Program-made: the position numbers and the translations under genes
Source: Lama guanicoe
Lineage: Eukaryota
Direction: 5' to 3'
Assembly: GCA_013239625.1 (NCBI GenBank)
Contig: MU054187.1
Coordinates: 15,100,974 to 15,164,973 of the forward strand
DNA length: 64,000 nucleotides
Shown here: in pieces, positions 1-13,435 of the stretch
How positions within the stretch are numbered: the stretch's first letter is position 1
How the letters are laid out: every line of letters begins with the position of its first letter
Notes under the pieces: generated by a model
Database searches by the model: none
The model's input: only the letters and a program-made list of their open reading frames with translations
Told to the model about the DNA's origin: nothing

Positions 1-165
1 TTTCCTGATTTCTACATTATAAAGTTACAGTAATCAAAACAGTATGGCAATAGCATTAAAATGGAGTCACATACCAACAGAACAGTATCCAGAGCCCAGA
101 AATAAACCCATGCATTTATGGTAACTAATATTTGGTGAGGGAATCAAGAAAACACAATGGAGAAC
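1..165 (+). mobile_element. L1 ORF2 fragment, cut by window edge
   Basis: Degenerate match to the ORF2p region PDF..YKVTVIKTVW...IQSPEINP..YG.LIF..G.K.TQW. Confidence 0.85.
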
Positions 166-1002
166 AACATTTCCTCTGGGTGAAAATATTTGTTTCTTTA
201 CAAGATTTTTTTTTTCCTATTCTCAACAATGTATCAATGATTGTTATGGTGGAAAATTATTTTCCAGTTTAGCCACTGCCATCAATTTAAATTCTTGTTG
301 ATATAAAGTTCAAAACAAAGAATTGTTTTAACTTGACTCTAGTAAGAGTTTTAACTTTGATTTCAGCAAGTAAAACACAAATGGGAAAAATAATTTGGTC
401 AAAGGTAGGAGAGAAGAAATAAAAGGAGCAGAAGCCAGAGAATAGGTTAACTTTTACACTAACAACCTATCACTAAAATATAAGTTTTCCACATATGTTG
501 ACTTTCTAAAATTCAGCTGAATTTGTTTTGAATTTTCAACAAAATTATAGACCCTCTCCACCAAATATATTAGGCATCTAAATTGCTGAAATAGAATTTT
601 TCAGGAAATATATAATTTATATATCATCCATGTAAATATTATTTTATATGTAACAAAATAACATTGAAAAGACCCATTCTTCAAGAGTTTCCTAGTATAC
701 TTATTTTATGTGTTTCTCAGTTTTCACACTGATAGTTTTTGCTGCAAAGTTTTATATTTGTTAAATTATTTGAATAGGTTTTTAAATTTTCCTAGTTAGT
801 CAGATAGTATAACCACAGTTTTAGTTTCATCAACTAGGAAAAGCCTATTATATTACCAGGGTTCATTTGGCTTAAATCACATTCCTATTAATTCATCCTG
901 TATAGCTAATTTCAAACTTTTAGCTTATACCTGAAGTTCAAAATTAGCATCATTGTATTTTTTTACATATTTTACAGTAGCTAAAGTTTTGCATGCTTAT
1001 GT

Positions 1003-1440
1003 TTAATTAACAAATATATGCACTGCATGTTTTATAAACAAATCATTTTTTCCAGGTATTTTAAGAACCATGAAGATAAATTAGACATGGATCCAGCTCT
1101 CCAAAGGCAGACAACATTTAGGGAAAACAAGCCTTGTATAAATAAAATTAATGCAAAGTGAATATTGAAATGTACCATAGAATATAAGGTGATATCAGAA
1201 CAGAGAGGATTTTAATATGCCTGGAAGCATAAAACAATGTGCTTGGAAGACATCCTCTATGAGCACATCCTTAAAAGTGTAGTTAGGATTGTAACTGGTG
1301 ATGAGGCAAGTGCTTTCCAGTTGAGTAAACAGAATGGGCAAAGAGAATTGGCAAAAGAATTCCATGGTATTCTCTGAGGAAAAAAATGAACAATTCTTCA
1401 AGCAAATATGGGAAGATAAGGTAGGACACTGGATTAGGTT
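1003..1440 (-). mobile_element. L2 3' remnant, highly diverged
   Basis: ttaattaacaaatat...ccaggtatt...gacatggatccagctctc resembles the antisense L2 3' end. Confidence 0.45.
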
Positions 1441-1444
1441 AATA

Positions 1445-1658
1445 CAGTGGTGTGCTAGAGTTGGCTGGTATTGCCTTGAGAGAGCTAGCTGTTAAATTTT
1501 AGAAAATTTTGTGAGACAACTGACATCATTTTGGTAGCTTAAAACCCGCCACGATGGTGGGCGTATTTACACCACGGAAATTGTCAGATGCTACAAATCA
1601 GGGCTGGGATTGTTTGGTCCAAAGAGGTGGTTGTTGAACATTTGCCAGCATACCACTA
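1445..1658. mobile_element. MER63-like hAT-Blackjack MITE
   Basis: TIRs cagtggtgtgctag / ccagcataccacta; internal gtatttacaccacggaaattg..atgctacaaatcagggct as in MER63. Confidence 0.8.
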
Positions 1659-2289
1659 GATCTATCTGGTCTTGAATATAGATGCTCAATATACTTCATT
1701 TTATGCTATTATGTTTTGATATATGTTTTATTATTTTCAAGGAGGCACCTTTGGAGAAGTAAATAATTAGGCACAAGCAAGAATTATACATAGAAAGTTG
1801 CTTGAAAACAGGAATATTTTCTTAGGTGAGGAAAAGCCATAACATTGTCTCCTATTGCACTAAAAACTTCTAAGAATAAAAGAGGTTAAGCTTGGTAGTA
1901 TAGCACTCATTGACATGATAGAAAAATCTAACTAAATAGCATCTATGAATCTGACTAATTCGAGCCATGAGCAAATAGCAATGTTACTGCAGTGAGTGAG
2001 CAGCTTGTCATAAAAGCCTATAGGTCTGCCAACACATGGTTCACATTGCTGCTAGTCTGGGGGGAGAGGGAATGAGCTACTGTTAGTTGTTCCTTTTGAA
2101 AGAACTGCCTGCATGTTGTCCTTATTCCCTAATGACTGGGGAAGGCAGAGGGCAAGCCTCTGTATGATGAATAGCCTTCTCTCCTCACTGATTCGAGCTC
2201 TGCTTAAAACAGAGCTCAAATCACAGCACTAGAGCTTGAAGGAATCCCTAGAAGCAAAGTGCTGTGTTCCATAGATCATTTCCTGGTCC

Positions 2290-2395
2290 CTAGGAGAAGA
2301 AGGAATGCTTTATTAATTGTTTTCATCAGGAATGAGCTTGTTTACCAAGGAGGGAGGCATTCTATAAATAGCTTAGTTTGAGTGACATTCCAATA
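2290..2395. promoter_or_regulatory. Candidate MEF2/TEAD enhancer module
   Basis: ctataaatag (MEF2 YTA(W)4TAR) at 2362-2371; GGAATG at 2302 and 2329; CATTCC at 2386-2391; unique sequence. Confidence 0.35.
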
Positions 2396-2509
2396 AACAT
2401 AAAATAGGCATGAAAAAAATTCCCTGAAGTCTTAACATTTGGCTTCAGGCATTCGGGTCTTTTAGGAAACAAAAAGAACAAAACAAGAATTGCTATCACC
2501 ACTCTGGAA

Positions 2510-2740
2510 TCCGGGGTAGAGATTTTTGATCTACATCACAGTCGGGATTCAGGGCATATGTGAATACCCAGGAAACTTAGGCCAAGGTTTGTTGTGTGTG
2601 TCCATGTATTTTTCTTGAAAGAGAATCCATAGTTTTTCTCAGATTCTCAACTGGATCTCTGCTGTCCAATCTTCTTACTGCTCCTGCAATCTCTCGATTT
2701 CCTTGCCACCATTCGTGACTCAAAGGTCAAGAGTTCCTAG
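2510..2740. mobile_element. hAT-Charlie MITE remnant (MER103-like)
   Basis: gagaatccatagtttttctcagattctcaa...gtgactcaaaggtcaagagttcctag resembles the MER103C end. Confidence 0.4.
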
Positions 2741-2981
2741 TTTGGCCGTTTCTGGATATACTTGAATGTTTTTAGGAGACAGTGTCCCTTTATCAAACAA
2801 AGGATCGACTTACTCCCCGAAGTTCATTTTTTTTTTTAAGAAACTCAACATGAGAAAGGGTTTTAAGTGTTTTGAAGCATGATATATTTTCATGTATTCT
2901 GTCTTTTGATGCTAATGAGATAAGTGAACAAGATATTATTTCTCTTATTATCCTGAATTGAGAATTAGAGAAGTTAGGGCT

Positions 2982-3148
2982 TAGTGGTTCTTAAACTGGA
3001 CTGGACTTCACGTCACAGCTTGTAAAAAGTATGATTACCCCCAACCCCAAATATTCTGCTTTAACTGATCTGTGGTAGTCAGGGTATCTGCATCTTATAA
3101 GAGGTTCTCCAGGTGATTCTAGTGTGCAGCCCAGTTTGGGAACCACTG
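2982..3148. mobile_element. MER5A/B-type hAT-Charlie MITE
   Basis: Termini tagtggttcttaaact / agtttgggaaccactg; internal ctccaggtgattctagtgtgcagccc. Confidence 0.8.
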
Positions 3149-3544
3149 TGTTAGGTTAATTGCTCTGACAATGGAATTTGTGTTTGATGTGAGCATGAGA
3201 CTATTATAACTTCTACTACATGATTCTGTCAGTAATAACAAGTCACCATCTAAAATTAGTAACACAGGCAGTGTTAGTGACAGGAACGAATTCTTGAAAA
3301 AAAAATGCTTGAGAAATAATGGAATACCCTAAAAAGGAAATTTTGGACAAAAGAACTAGAGCAATGAATGACAACATAAAGGAAAGGAGGAAATGAGGAT
3401 TCCTAATAAGAACTGTCCCTAATTCCAAAAAATTTAGGACATCAAACACATTTTAAAAGGAAGTCTGCACAAAATAAAATTCTATATGAACGGTAATTGT
3501 CAAAAACAGCAAATTCATTCAAAACTTTTAAAATATGCATAATA

Positions 3545-4470
3545 ATCTTTGATTTTGTTCACACAATGAATGTTACCTTGTTGGGTGCTGAATATTTTTG
3601 TATTCTTATGTATATCCTGAGCTTCCTTCTAGGATGTAGTTAAGCCACTGTAAGCAGCTTTTGGCAGGAAAGAGCTCTTTGCAGGAAAGAGCTCTCTGCA
3701 GGAAGCCCTTTGCCTTGTCACTTTAGCAAAGCTATATTGGAACTAACCTTAATCCAGGCACCCCAGGCTCTACTCAACTCCAGCCTAAGCACACCTTTCA
3801 AATCTTGATCACACAATACTTTGCCTAACATGTTGGTTCTTTCTGTAGATCAAAGAAGTAGAAATGAAGAATAAGTAATTAACAGATGACCAGATCTCTT
3901 ACCTAGCTTCCCCTGCAGTAATCTCATGAGCAAACTGTGTGAGCAAACTGTATGAACAAGATAGCATCTAAAGAAAGATCACAAGAAGACGACAAGCCAG
4001 CACACAGTGGGGGTTGGTGATGACTCTGATCCCCTATCTCAGTGATCACTGAGATTACTTCCCTTTTCCCTTTAAAAACTTTCATGGCCAACCACAATCT
4101 TGGGGGTTGGTTTTTGAGGGACATGAGTCCACTGTCTTCCCAGATTGATGGCATTCTGATTAAAAGCAATTTTCCAGCAATTGCCTCTCAGGTATTGATT
4201 TTCCATCGGCAAACAGCCGGATCTGAGTTCAGTAACACTGCTTCGAAATGATTTGATCCTTGTGGGTCTCCCTTTTAAAATTTGTTAACAAGAGCCAGAG
4301 CAGCCTTTAGCCTAGACCTAATTGTTCTCTGCTAGGGAGGCAAGAATCTTCTGCATCCTCTAGCCGATGTCCCATGAATTATGAACTTCTGTCCTGTTTG
4401 CTTGGAGGGAACAAATGCTATTCCCAGTCCAACATGAACACCTCTATGGTTACTTCTAACAACTCAGCCC
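3545..4470 (-). mobile_element. Old L1 (L1MC/MD-type) 5'-region fragment split by a solo LTR
   Basis: ttaccttgttgggtgctgaatatttttgtattc...gatgtagttaag continues after the LTR as gaaatgatttgatccttgtgggtct...agcagcctttagcctag. Confidence 0.6.
3649..4237 (+). mobile_element. ERV1-class solo LTR (589 bp)
   Basis: TG...CA termini (tgtaagcag...agtaaca); TATA-like tttaaaa at ~4071; ATTAAA at ~4159; interrupts an L1; diverged 4-bp flanks ccac/ctgc. Confidence 0.75.
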
Positions 4471-6039
4471 TGTTTTCTTCTTTTCCATTTATTTCATCTT
4501 TTTTTCTTTCTTTTTTTTTTTTGTATTTATACAAGCTTCTTTATTCTACTGTAAATCTACTGTACTCTACTGTACTCTACTACATTCAGTGGTAATCAGT
4601 CATTCAAGCGTTATTAACTTTACTATGTCTCAAAGTACTCCTACAGGGATCTTCCCATGCCTGGAAACTGTTCTTGTTCTCATTTTGGTGTCTTTGTTCT
4701 CGCTACTCTATACAAGAGAGTCTGCCTGCAACACAACGAGTAGGCTGTGGATGGTAGGCATTTGCCTTTCTCCTAGAGACTGACCTCCTACTGCCTCATC
4801 TGTATATACTGAAGTCATCCTGCATGTCAAGATCCCTTAGGAAGTTTTCTTCTGTGCCTTCAATTGCTGTAAATCTCTATCAGTTCCTTTCCCCATAGAT
4901 GTTTTGATATAATATTGATCAAAATTTATATTGCACTAAAATTGACTAATGTTTTTGACAAATTTTAACTCCTACTATGTGCATAAAACTTTCCTTGTTT
5001 TATACACTAAGCCATACTATATTTTAGGATAGGAATAGGTAATACTAATTTTTGTATCCTTTGGGATACAGCAAAATGCACAGGAAAGCAAATGTTTAAT
5101 AAATATGTGAATTGGTCGTGAGCTGGTATTAGCTGGCTAAATGTACTCTTACCAGATTCTGACTTCTCTTGCATTATGCATGAGCACTATTAATCGCATT
5201 TAAATGAATAAATCCGAGCATCTCCTCATTGAGAAGCACACTTCATGAACTATGTGAAAAGCAGATTGAGTACAACTCAATACTTATATTTTTGGAACTT
5301 CTGCTTTAGTAACTTTTAATGAGTGTTCACATTTGGGATTACTGTTTATTTTTTTTTGTCACCATGACTTAATACCCACATTCTGCCTCACCTACAACCT
5401 AATCTTATTGTTCTAGAGGAAAGCTCTTCTTTTGGGTTCCTTAGGTCCCTTACCTTCCCACTCTCTAGCGTTGCATAGTCTATATTTTAGGTTACCATGA
5501 CTTATATACCATTTTTATATGACCATGTACTAGACAATCAGACAGAATTTTAGTATTAATTAGCTATGATACAACACAGACACAGCGAAGTCTGCCCAGG
5601 GAGGAAACTCGTAATCTGACACAAGAAGGTCACTTCAAAAACATGGGCAAAGTACAGACCCAGAAGAAAGATGGGAGCTAAGCTGGAGCTAAGCAGGGGA
5701 ACACATAACATCACTGCTTACTGATTTGATACCTTAGGGCATTTCACAATGAATCATTGAAGTTTCCCATTTGTTGTGGTCTTGTGACATTTAGTGGGGA
5801 ACTAGAAATAAGCTTGTATGTTTCCTATTTAAGAATTTCCCTCTGATTTTATGATTTCCCTCACAAATTTTATAAGGAAATCTAAAGTGGGGCTGGTTGA
5901 GAAGAAAATACTTGGAAATAAGACACTGAAAATAATGCCTGTGTTTTGGGGAGTCATGATGAAGAAAATAGCTGCAAGATGAATTTGGAAGAAAATATTT
6001 TAGCACTTTGTGAATAATTTATACAAAAGCGAGTTCCAA

Positions 6040-9000
6040 CAAAGAAGGAAATATTTTTCACAGTCAAAAATGAAGAGAAATGAAGAGCTCTGTAACAGTA
6101 AGGGTAAATAGAAAAGTTGTTTTCTTAATATTTGTATTTCTTTAAAAGACAATCACTATTTAAATAAATTTTATCAATGCATTGTGACATGTATAACACA
6201 TATAGAAATAAATGTGTGATAACAAAAGCATAGAGGCCAGGAGACGAGCAGTGAAGGTATGCTATTATAAGGTTCTTATGTGAATTAATGTATCACTTGA
6301 AGGTAGACTGATAAGTTAAAAATTTACACCATCAATCCTAAAGCAACCATTAAAATTACACAGCAAAGAATATAGCTAGCAAGAATAAAAAAAAGAGTCA
6401 ATGAAATCATTAAAAAGAAAGCCCTCAATTAATCCTAAAGAGAGCAGAAAAATAGGAAAAATTAACAAAGCACAGATGGGACAATTAGAAAACAAATTGT
6501 GAGATGGTAGATTTACGCTTAACCATATCAATAATCAGATGAAATGTAACAGACCTAAAAAATCCCTATTAAGGGCAAAAAATTGCAGATTGATATAAAA
6601 GCTGAATCCAATTATATATAGTCTATCATGATCATTTTAAATATCATGACCCAAATAGATTAAAAAGCAAAACACGGGAAGAGCTTTATCCTGCTAACAC
6701 TAAAGAAAAGAAAGCTGGAATGGCAATATTAATATTAGACAAAGAGCACTCAGAGAATAAAAACAATATCAGGGAAAAGGTCACTATTTCACAACAACAA
6801 AGGGAGTGAATTCTTCAAGAATTACAATCCTAAATGTTTATGCACCTAATAACAACTTTGAAATTCACAAAACCAAAATTGCCAGAGTAGCAAAGAGATA
6901 TAGGTAAATTCACAATTTTACTCAGGGATTCAACTCCTCTGCTTTGTGTTTCATAGGATAAGGAGCAAAAGAAAATTTGTAAGACTACTGAAGTCTTAAT
7001 GACACTGCCAACCAGGTCAATCAAATTGACTTTTATAGATCGCTCCATGCAAAAAAAATCAGCGTACACATTATTAGCAAGAATATTAGTCAAGACTCAG
7101 TAAGTTTAGAAGGATTAAAGTCATACAGCATGTGCTATCAGACCACAATTAGACATCAATAGTAAAAAAAAAAAAAAATCTCTGGAAAATCTTTGACTAT
7201 TAGGAAATTATAAACAAAGTTCTCAAAAAACTGTCTGTCAAAGAAAAAGGCAAGTGGAAATTAGAAAGTATTATTAACTGAATGAAAATGAAAATATAGC
7301 ATGTCATATCTTGTGGAATGCAATTAAAACAATACTGAATGGGAAATTTATGGCACTAATTACCTATATCAGAAAAAAAGGACACAAGTCAATGGCCTCA
7401 GGTTTCTTAAGAAAATAGAAGAATAAGAATAAATAAAACCTGATTTAGGTATTATTTATGTTATAAACCATAAATAATAAAGACCAGGGCAAAAATTAAT
7501 GAATTAAAAAAATAGAGAAATTAAAACCAAAGGCTGATTATTTGAGATCAATAAAACTAAACTTTTATCCAGCCTGATCAGGAAAATAAGAGTAAGGATA
7601 CAAACTACCAGTATCAAGATGAGAGAAGTGACATTACTACAGAATTTATTGATTTTAAAAGAATAATAAAGGAATATTACCTTAAAAATGTCAATAAGTT
7701 TAACAACTTATAGAATATGAATAAATATCTTAAAAGACAAAACTACTAAAATTTAGTCAGGAAGAAATAGATAACCTGAATAGTCTCATGTTGAGTAAAG
7801 TAATTGAAACTGAAGTTAAAATGTTTCCCACACAGGAAACTCCAAACTCAGATAGCTTCACTATGGAATCCTGTCAAATATTTAAGCAAGAAATAATACC
7901 AGTACTGTATACAGTCTTTCAGAAAATTTAATAAAGAGAGAAAGTTTCCCAATAAATTCTACAATGCCAGTATTTCTCTGACACTGAAACCAGACAAAGA
8001 TTTTACAAGGAAAAAATTGCATACCAATATTTCTCATGGTTAAAAGAATTCCTGACAAAAATGTAATCAAAGTCAACAATGCATTACAATGATAATACAT
8101 CAAGACCACATATAATTTATCTCAAAAATGCAGGGTTGGTTTAATATTTGAAAATCAATCTAATTCATCAAATTATCAGACAAAAAAAGAAACAATATGA
8201 TCATCTCACTAGATGTCTTTATTTGTAGACAAAATAATCTACAGTGAAAATTCTATTCAGTCTAAAAAAGATACTAGAATTAATAAACAAGTTTAGCAAG
8301 TTTTCAGGATACAAGATTAATATACAAAATTCAACTGAATTTCTAGATGCTCAGAATCAACACTTGTAAATTGATACTAAAATTCAATACCATCTCAGTA
8401 ACACCCTGAAATATGAAATCCTTTGAGAATAATCTTAAAAAATACATATGGATCTGTACAATAAAAAGTATAAAACATTGCTGAAATTTTAAAAAACCTA
8501 AAAAAATGGAGAATCACATCATGCTTATAGTTTGGAAGAAAATGTTTTTCAGATGTCAAGGCTCTCCAAAGTGATGAAAAAATTCATTGTGATCACTATC
8601 AAAATCCCAGGAGGTTTTTTTCTTTTTTAATAAAAATTCATATGAAAATGCAAACAACCTGGAATGGCCAAAGCAACTTTGAAAGAGAGAAGCAAAGTTG
8701 GAGGACTTACACTACTTGAATTCAATAATTTTTATAAAACTATAGTAATCAAAATAGTGTGATACTGGCATCAAAATAAAAAAAATAATGAGTCCAGAAA
8801 TAGTCACATATGTATAATTAATTGATTCTGACAAAGATGCAAAGGCAATTCAATGAATGGATAGCCTTTTCAATAAATATTGCATAACAGTTGGGCTATC
8901 TTTACACAAACAAACAAAAAACAAATACTTCAACAATGTCTACCTCGTACTATGTATAAAAATTAACTTAAAATGGAGAAAAACCCAAAATATAAAGCCT

Positions 9001-10050
9001 AAAATTATATAACTTCTAGAAGAAAACATAGGAGACACTAGGTTAGGTGAAGATATCTTAGACACAACACCAAAGATGTGACCTATAAAAGGAAACCTTG
9101 ATAAAGTGAATTTCATCACAATGAAGAATGACAGCTCTTAGAAAGACAGTTTTAAGAGAATCAAAGGACGAGTCACAGGGAGGTTAAAAGTCTTTGCAAA
9201 TCACGTATCTGATACAAAAACACACAAAAAACTCCCAAAACTCAACAAAAAAAAATGTAAAAGGGGGAAATATTTGAACATCCATGTCACCAAAGAGGAT
9301 GGCAAATAAATACATTAAAATACCAAACATCAATATTCATTAGATAAACATAATAAAACACCTATGAGATACCACTATACATCTATTACAAATGTCCAGT
9401 ATTAAGACTGACCATGCCAAGTACCCTGTGGAAGTAAAAGCTTATTATCATGAAAAGAATTGTATGTGGAAGTTCACAGCAGCTTTACTTGTAAGAGCAA
9501 AAAGTTGTAAACAAACAAAATGTCCATTAACCGGTGAATTGCTAAGCACATATGGCTTATCTGTACAATGGGATGCTCTTCAGAAATAAAAAAAAATTTC
9601 TTATGTATGCAATAACATGGATCATTCTGAAAATAATCATGTTGAGTGAAAGAAGCCAGAACAAAAAAAGAGTACATACTGTATGATTCCATTTATATAA
9701 AATTCAAGAAAATGCAAACCAATATACATTGACAAAAATCAGGTTAGAAGTTGCCTGGGAAGACATTGGCAGTAGAAAGTCTGGGCAGAAAGGGGCAGGA
9801 GAGAGAGATTATGAAAGGGCACTAGGAAATTTTAGGGGATAAATGATATATTCATTATATTGATTTTATGTTAAATATTTTGATCACAGTGATGATTTCA
9901 TGGGATATATCTATATATGTACATGTATATTTGTATGTAAATCTATACATATACATGTCTATACACATACAGATATAATTGCACACTTTAAACATGTGCA
10001 ATTTATTGCTTGTCAATTATACCTCAATAGAAGTGTTAAAAAAAAAAAAA
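6040..10050 (+). mobile_element. Old L1 (L1MD-like), ~4 kb decayed ORF2 plus 3'UTR and poly(A)
   Basis: EN/RT remnants (cctaaatgtttatgcacctaataac; caggaagaaatagataacctgaatag); internal deletions near 8215 and 9430; 3' end tgtcaattatacctcaatagaagtgtt followed by A-tail. Confidence 0.9.
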
Positions 10051-11879
10051 GAATTCTCCCAGGTAAGTTTGATGCCTGCTAAAATTTGAACCAAAAATCA
10101 TTTCACCAATCTTGGGTTTCTCAAATCAGTAAAATTCAAAATTATATATATAGATATTTTCATACTTGCCATTTTGATAGAGTCATCAAAAATTAGGACT
10201 AAAATTTACGAAGTGATTGATGGGAATTTGGACTACTTTTGAAAGCCAGTAGGAGAAATATTTTGAGGTGTCTATTTCAGCACTTCTCATATGATTACAT
10301 TTTATTGCCTGTGGCTTTGCCATTTCTATCTAAGCTCACTCTGAGGTGAGACTGCCAGGGTTTTAATGGAGGGTTGACACATCTTAGCTTGGGTTGGGAG
10401 AACCGTTGTAGCTGGGTAGATGAGTGGTTTCCCCTAATTATCTTCTGCTTAGACACAGGTCATGCTCACTACTAGGAAATTTACATACTGTATACAATCT
10501 AGAGAAACCAAGATGCAGTTATAAGCATGAATGTAAAGAAAGAACCCAATCTGAAGAAAAATTACCCAAGGAATAGAAGATAACTTGCCCTTGAGAAATT
10601 CAAGCAAAGAAAAAATGACATAGAAGAAAAGAGAAGTATTTCTTCTAACTTCCTTGCCCTTAGAAAGTTTGGAAAATAAACTATTTGTCTAAATGACCTA
10701 ATTACTAGTTCCATTGAAGTCTTAAGGGTCATTTTTATGGTATCAAAACATATTTCTTTTTATTATGTTTCAGTTATTTTTTTCTCAAGTGATGGAATAA
10801 AAGGAGCAGGAAAATAATCTAAGATGTATCTATTAAAAATAAAATGCTCCTCTCCAGTTCCTGTGAGATCCCAAGGTCCAAAGACACAGGTGCAGACTTT
10901 GGAGCAAGTGGAGAGCCGAGGGAAAGATCCAGAGCTGCTGCAGAAGGCTGGAAAGACCTGGGAGTACAGCTGAGCTATGTGGGAAGACAAATCTCATAAA
11001 GGATAAACAGCTGTTTGAATCAGACAGTGAAACCTCCAAAAAGGGAGAAAAAGGAGATCATTGTTGATGCAAGAGGCTATGGCTAATTTCTGGGGTAAAA
11101 GTTCAGTTCAGAGGACTGCAAAAGCTGAGACTGACATCTCTCGTTTAAGATCTGAAGATTGGAGACTGGGGACTACAAATATAACAGCTGTGTTTCTCCT
11201 GGTTCTCAAAATATACTTCAGCACCTTTACGATGACTGGTACTATATGAACACTACACAATATTGCAGAAAGCCATTCATCTCAGTTTAGGATTCAAGAG
11301 TGTTGAGGAATACAATCATGATCAATTAAAAAATTTTGATATTCATTTATTTTAAGCACACAATAATTTTATATTATTTGTGAAGAGAAAGTACATGTGT
11401 TTAAGGTAGCAGCAATGACTATGTTTCTCTCATCTGCATGGGACACTAGACTGAGTGGGAAAGAGATAAGGGAAAGCTTAAGGGGCTTGACAGCAGGGAT
11501 CTGGTTTTTAAGCCATTAACAGGATTCGGTGATCTGGTTTTGTAGTTTTTGTTTTGTTTTGTTTTTTAGAATATCGGTCAGATCTAGTCAGCAGTTACAG
11601 GCTGTGAATTAGGGACATACTGCTTATTTACTGAATTTTAGATATTTATGTGAATTTAGTTGATGGAGACAATAGTTTTAGATACTTAATTAGTCCTTCG
11701 AATCATTATTAGGGACTTTCTTCTTTAACACGTCCTAACAAATAATTTCATGTCTTCCTCAAGTAAAATAGAGGGCTGAAGTAGTTGTTCAGAGGGTTTA
11801 AATGCTGTACTTTTACTGAACTGCCTAATATTTTAAATGATTAAATTATTGTTTTCTCCTTTGTGGCTTCAAAACTGAC

Positions 11880-13165
11880 ACATGTAACTTTAAGAGAATT
11901 TTATATTGTTGAATTTTTTATCTAGCTACTGGGCTCTGTATAGTAAAAATACCAATTTTACTGTTAGATAATCTTTGATGGTATTTTACAGCTATCATTT
12001 TTTCTTTAATTACTTTGATTACTTTTCTTTTTTCTCTGCATTCACAATTATCATCTTACATTTGTTCTCCAAGGCGGTAATTTTAGTTTTGACTGGATAG
12101 CTTGTTCTTTGCTTTTCTAATAGATTTACTTGGACTATAATGGTGCTCTTAAGTGCTCAATTTAGCACCTTATCCTTTTAAAAATAATATGTCTAGTTCT
12201 AATTTCACTGAATTCACTCTCATTTATTTATAGCTTGAATTTCTCAAGGACAAGTTATCTTCTATTCCTTGGGTAATTTTTCTTCAGATTGGGTTCTTTC
12301 TATGTTATTTGTCTTTATTTATATTTTTCCCTTATTCCTATTTGGATTCCTACTTCTTTCCTTTCCTTTCTTTTCTTTTCCATAAAAAATATGCCACTTA
12401 AAAAAATCTACCACATTTAATAACAGGTCTCCAGATGAACTATTTGTTTCAATATGGTGTGGGTGACTATTTCTTGACACTGTCATCACAGGGGTGATGT
12501 TCAACAGATTTAACTGGATACAAGTACAGCAAGCAACAAAGACAGTATCTCTGCCCCCAAGGAAATCAAGGTATATCAAGGGGCACAGTAGAGGCAGAGA
12601 CTGGTACATGCTATTACCTCTAGGGGGGTGTGAGGTGAACCCACTACAGAGATCCCCTGTCTGTTCATTCATGAGTTCCCTTTAAATGTCTTGTAGCATA
12701 GACCACCCCATGTAGGTGGGGTATAACCCACTCCCGTTGGCTTTGATGATTTCTCTCAGCTTAATACAGCACCCTGGAAAATGAAACCCAGGCTTTGGTA
12801 CCCTTCCTCCCTCCCTGACTTTCAGATCTTCCTATTCTCGTGATGTTTTCCAGCCTTTGTTTCTGCTCCTGCTGCCTACTCAAACCGCTAGTCTTCTTTC
12901 TTTCATATTGAGGGTATTAGTAAACATTCTCATGATCTTGTCAATTCCCTTTCTTTCCTCAGTGTTTCTTCCCAGTGGTTGGGGCCTGGCAAGGAGCAGA
13001 CACTCCCTCATCTCTTTTTCAAAGGCTCTGGCCTATGGCCTTTCCTCTCATTGTGCAAAAACTGCTTGTGAATTTTGACAGTTTTGTTTGTTTTAGTTTT
13101 CAGTAGCTATTGGGAGAAGGAGTGTCCATGGCCCAGATTCACTCTGCCATTTTTCACCAGAAGTC
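11880..13165 (-). mobile_element. Ancient L1ME/HAL1-like 5'UTR/ORF1 remnant
   Basis: Ends in ctctgccatttttcaccagaagtc (reverse complement gacttctggtgaaaaatggcagag, typical old-L1 5' start); T-rich ORF1-like antisense sequence on its left. Confidence 0.5.
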
Positions 13166-13299
13166 AATCTTCAGTTCTTAAATGAATCTATAGGTGCCCA
13201 GATTTTCCTTCCGTGTTCAAAGAGGACTGAGTGAGAAAACCACCCAGTGGTTGTCTGTCTTCCTCTAGAACTTCTCCCTTCTACCTTAGTGATATTTAT

Positions 13300-13435
13300 T
13301 GAGAGTTCTACTCAATATAAGTACCAAATCTTTATTTCCTTAGTGTAGAATGTGTATCTTGTTTATCTTTGTAACCTCAGCACCTCGCCAGAGGTTAGAG
13401 CTTAATAAATGCTTAATAAATGTTTGCTGAATAAA
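13300..13435 (+). mobile_element. L2 3' end
   Basis: atctttgtaacctcagcacct...gcttaataaatgtttgctgaataa. Confidence 0.6.

Noticed and set aside
10845..11290. Purine-rich, exon-looking unique stretch
   Set aside because: The + frames I translated hit stops and the peptides are unrecognisable; no clean acceptor/donor pair
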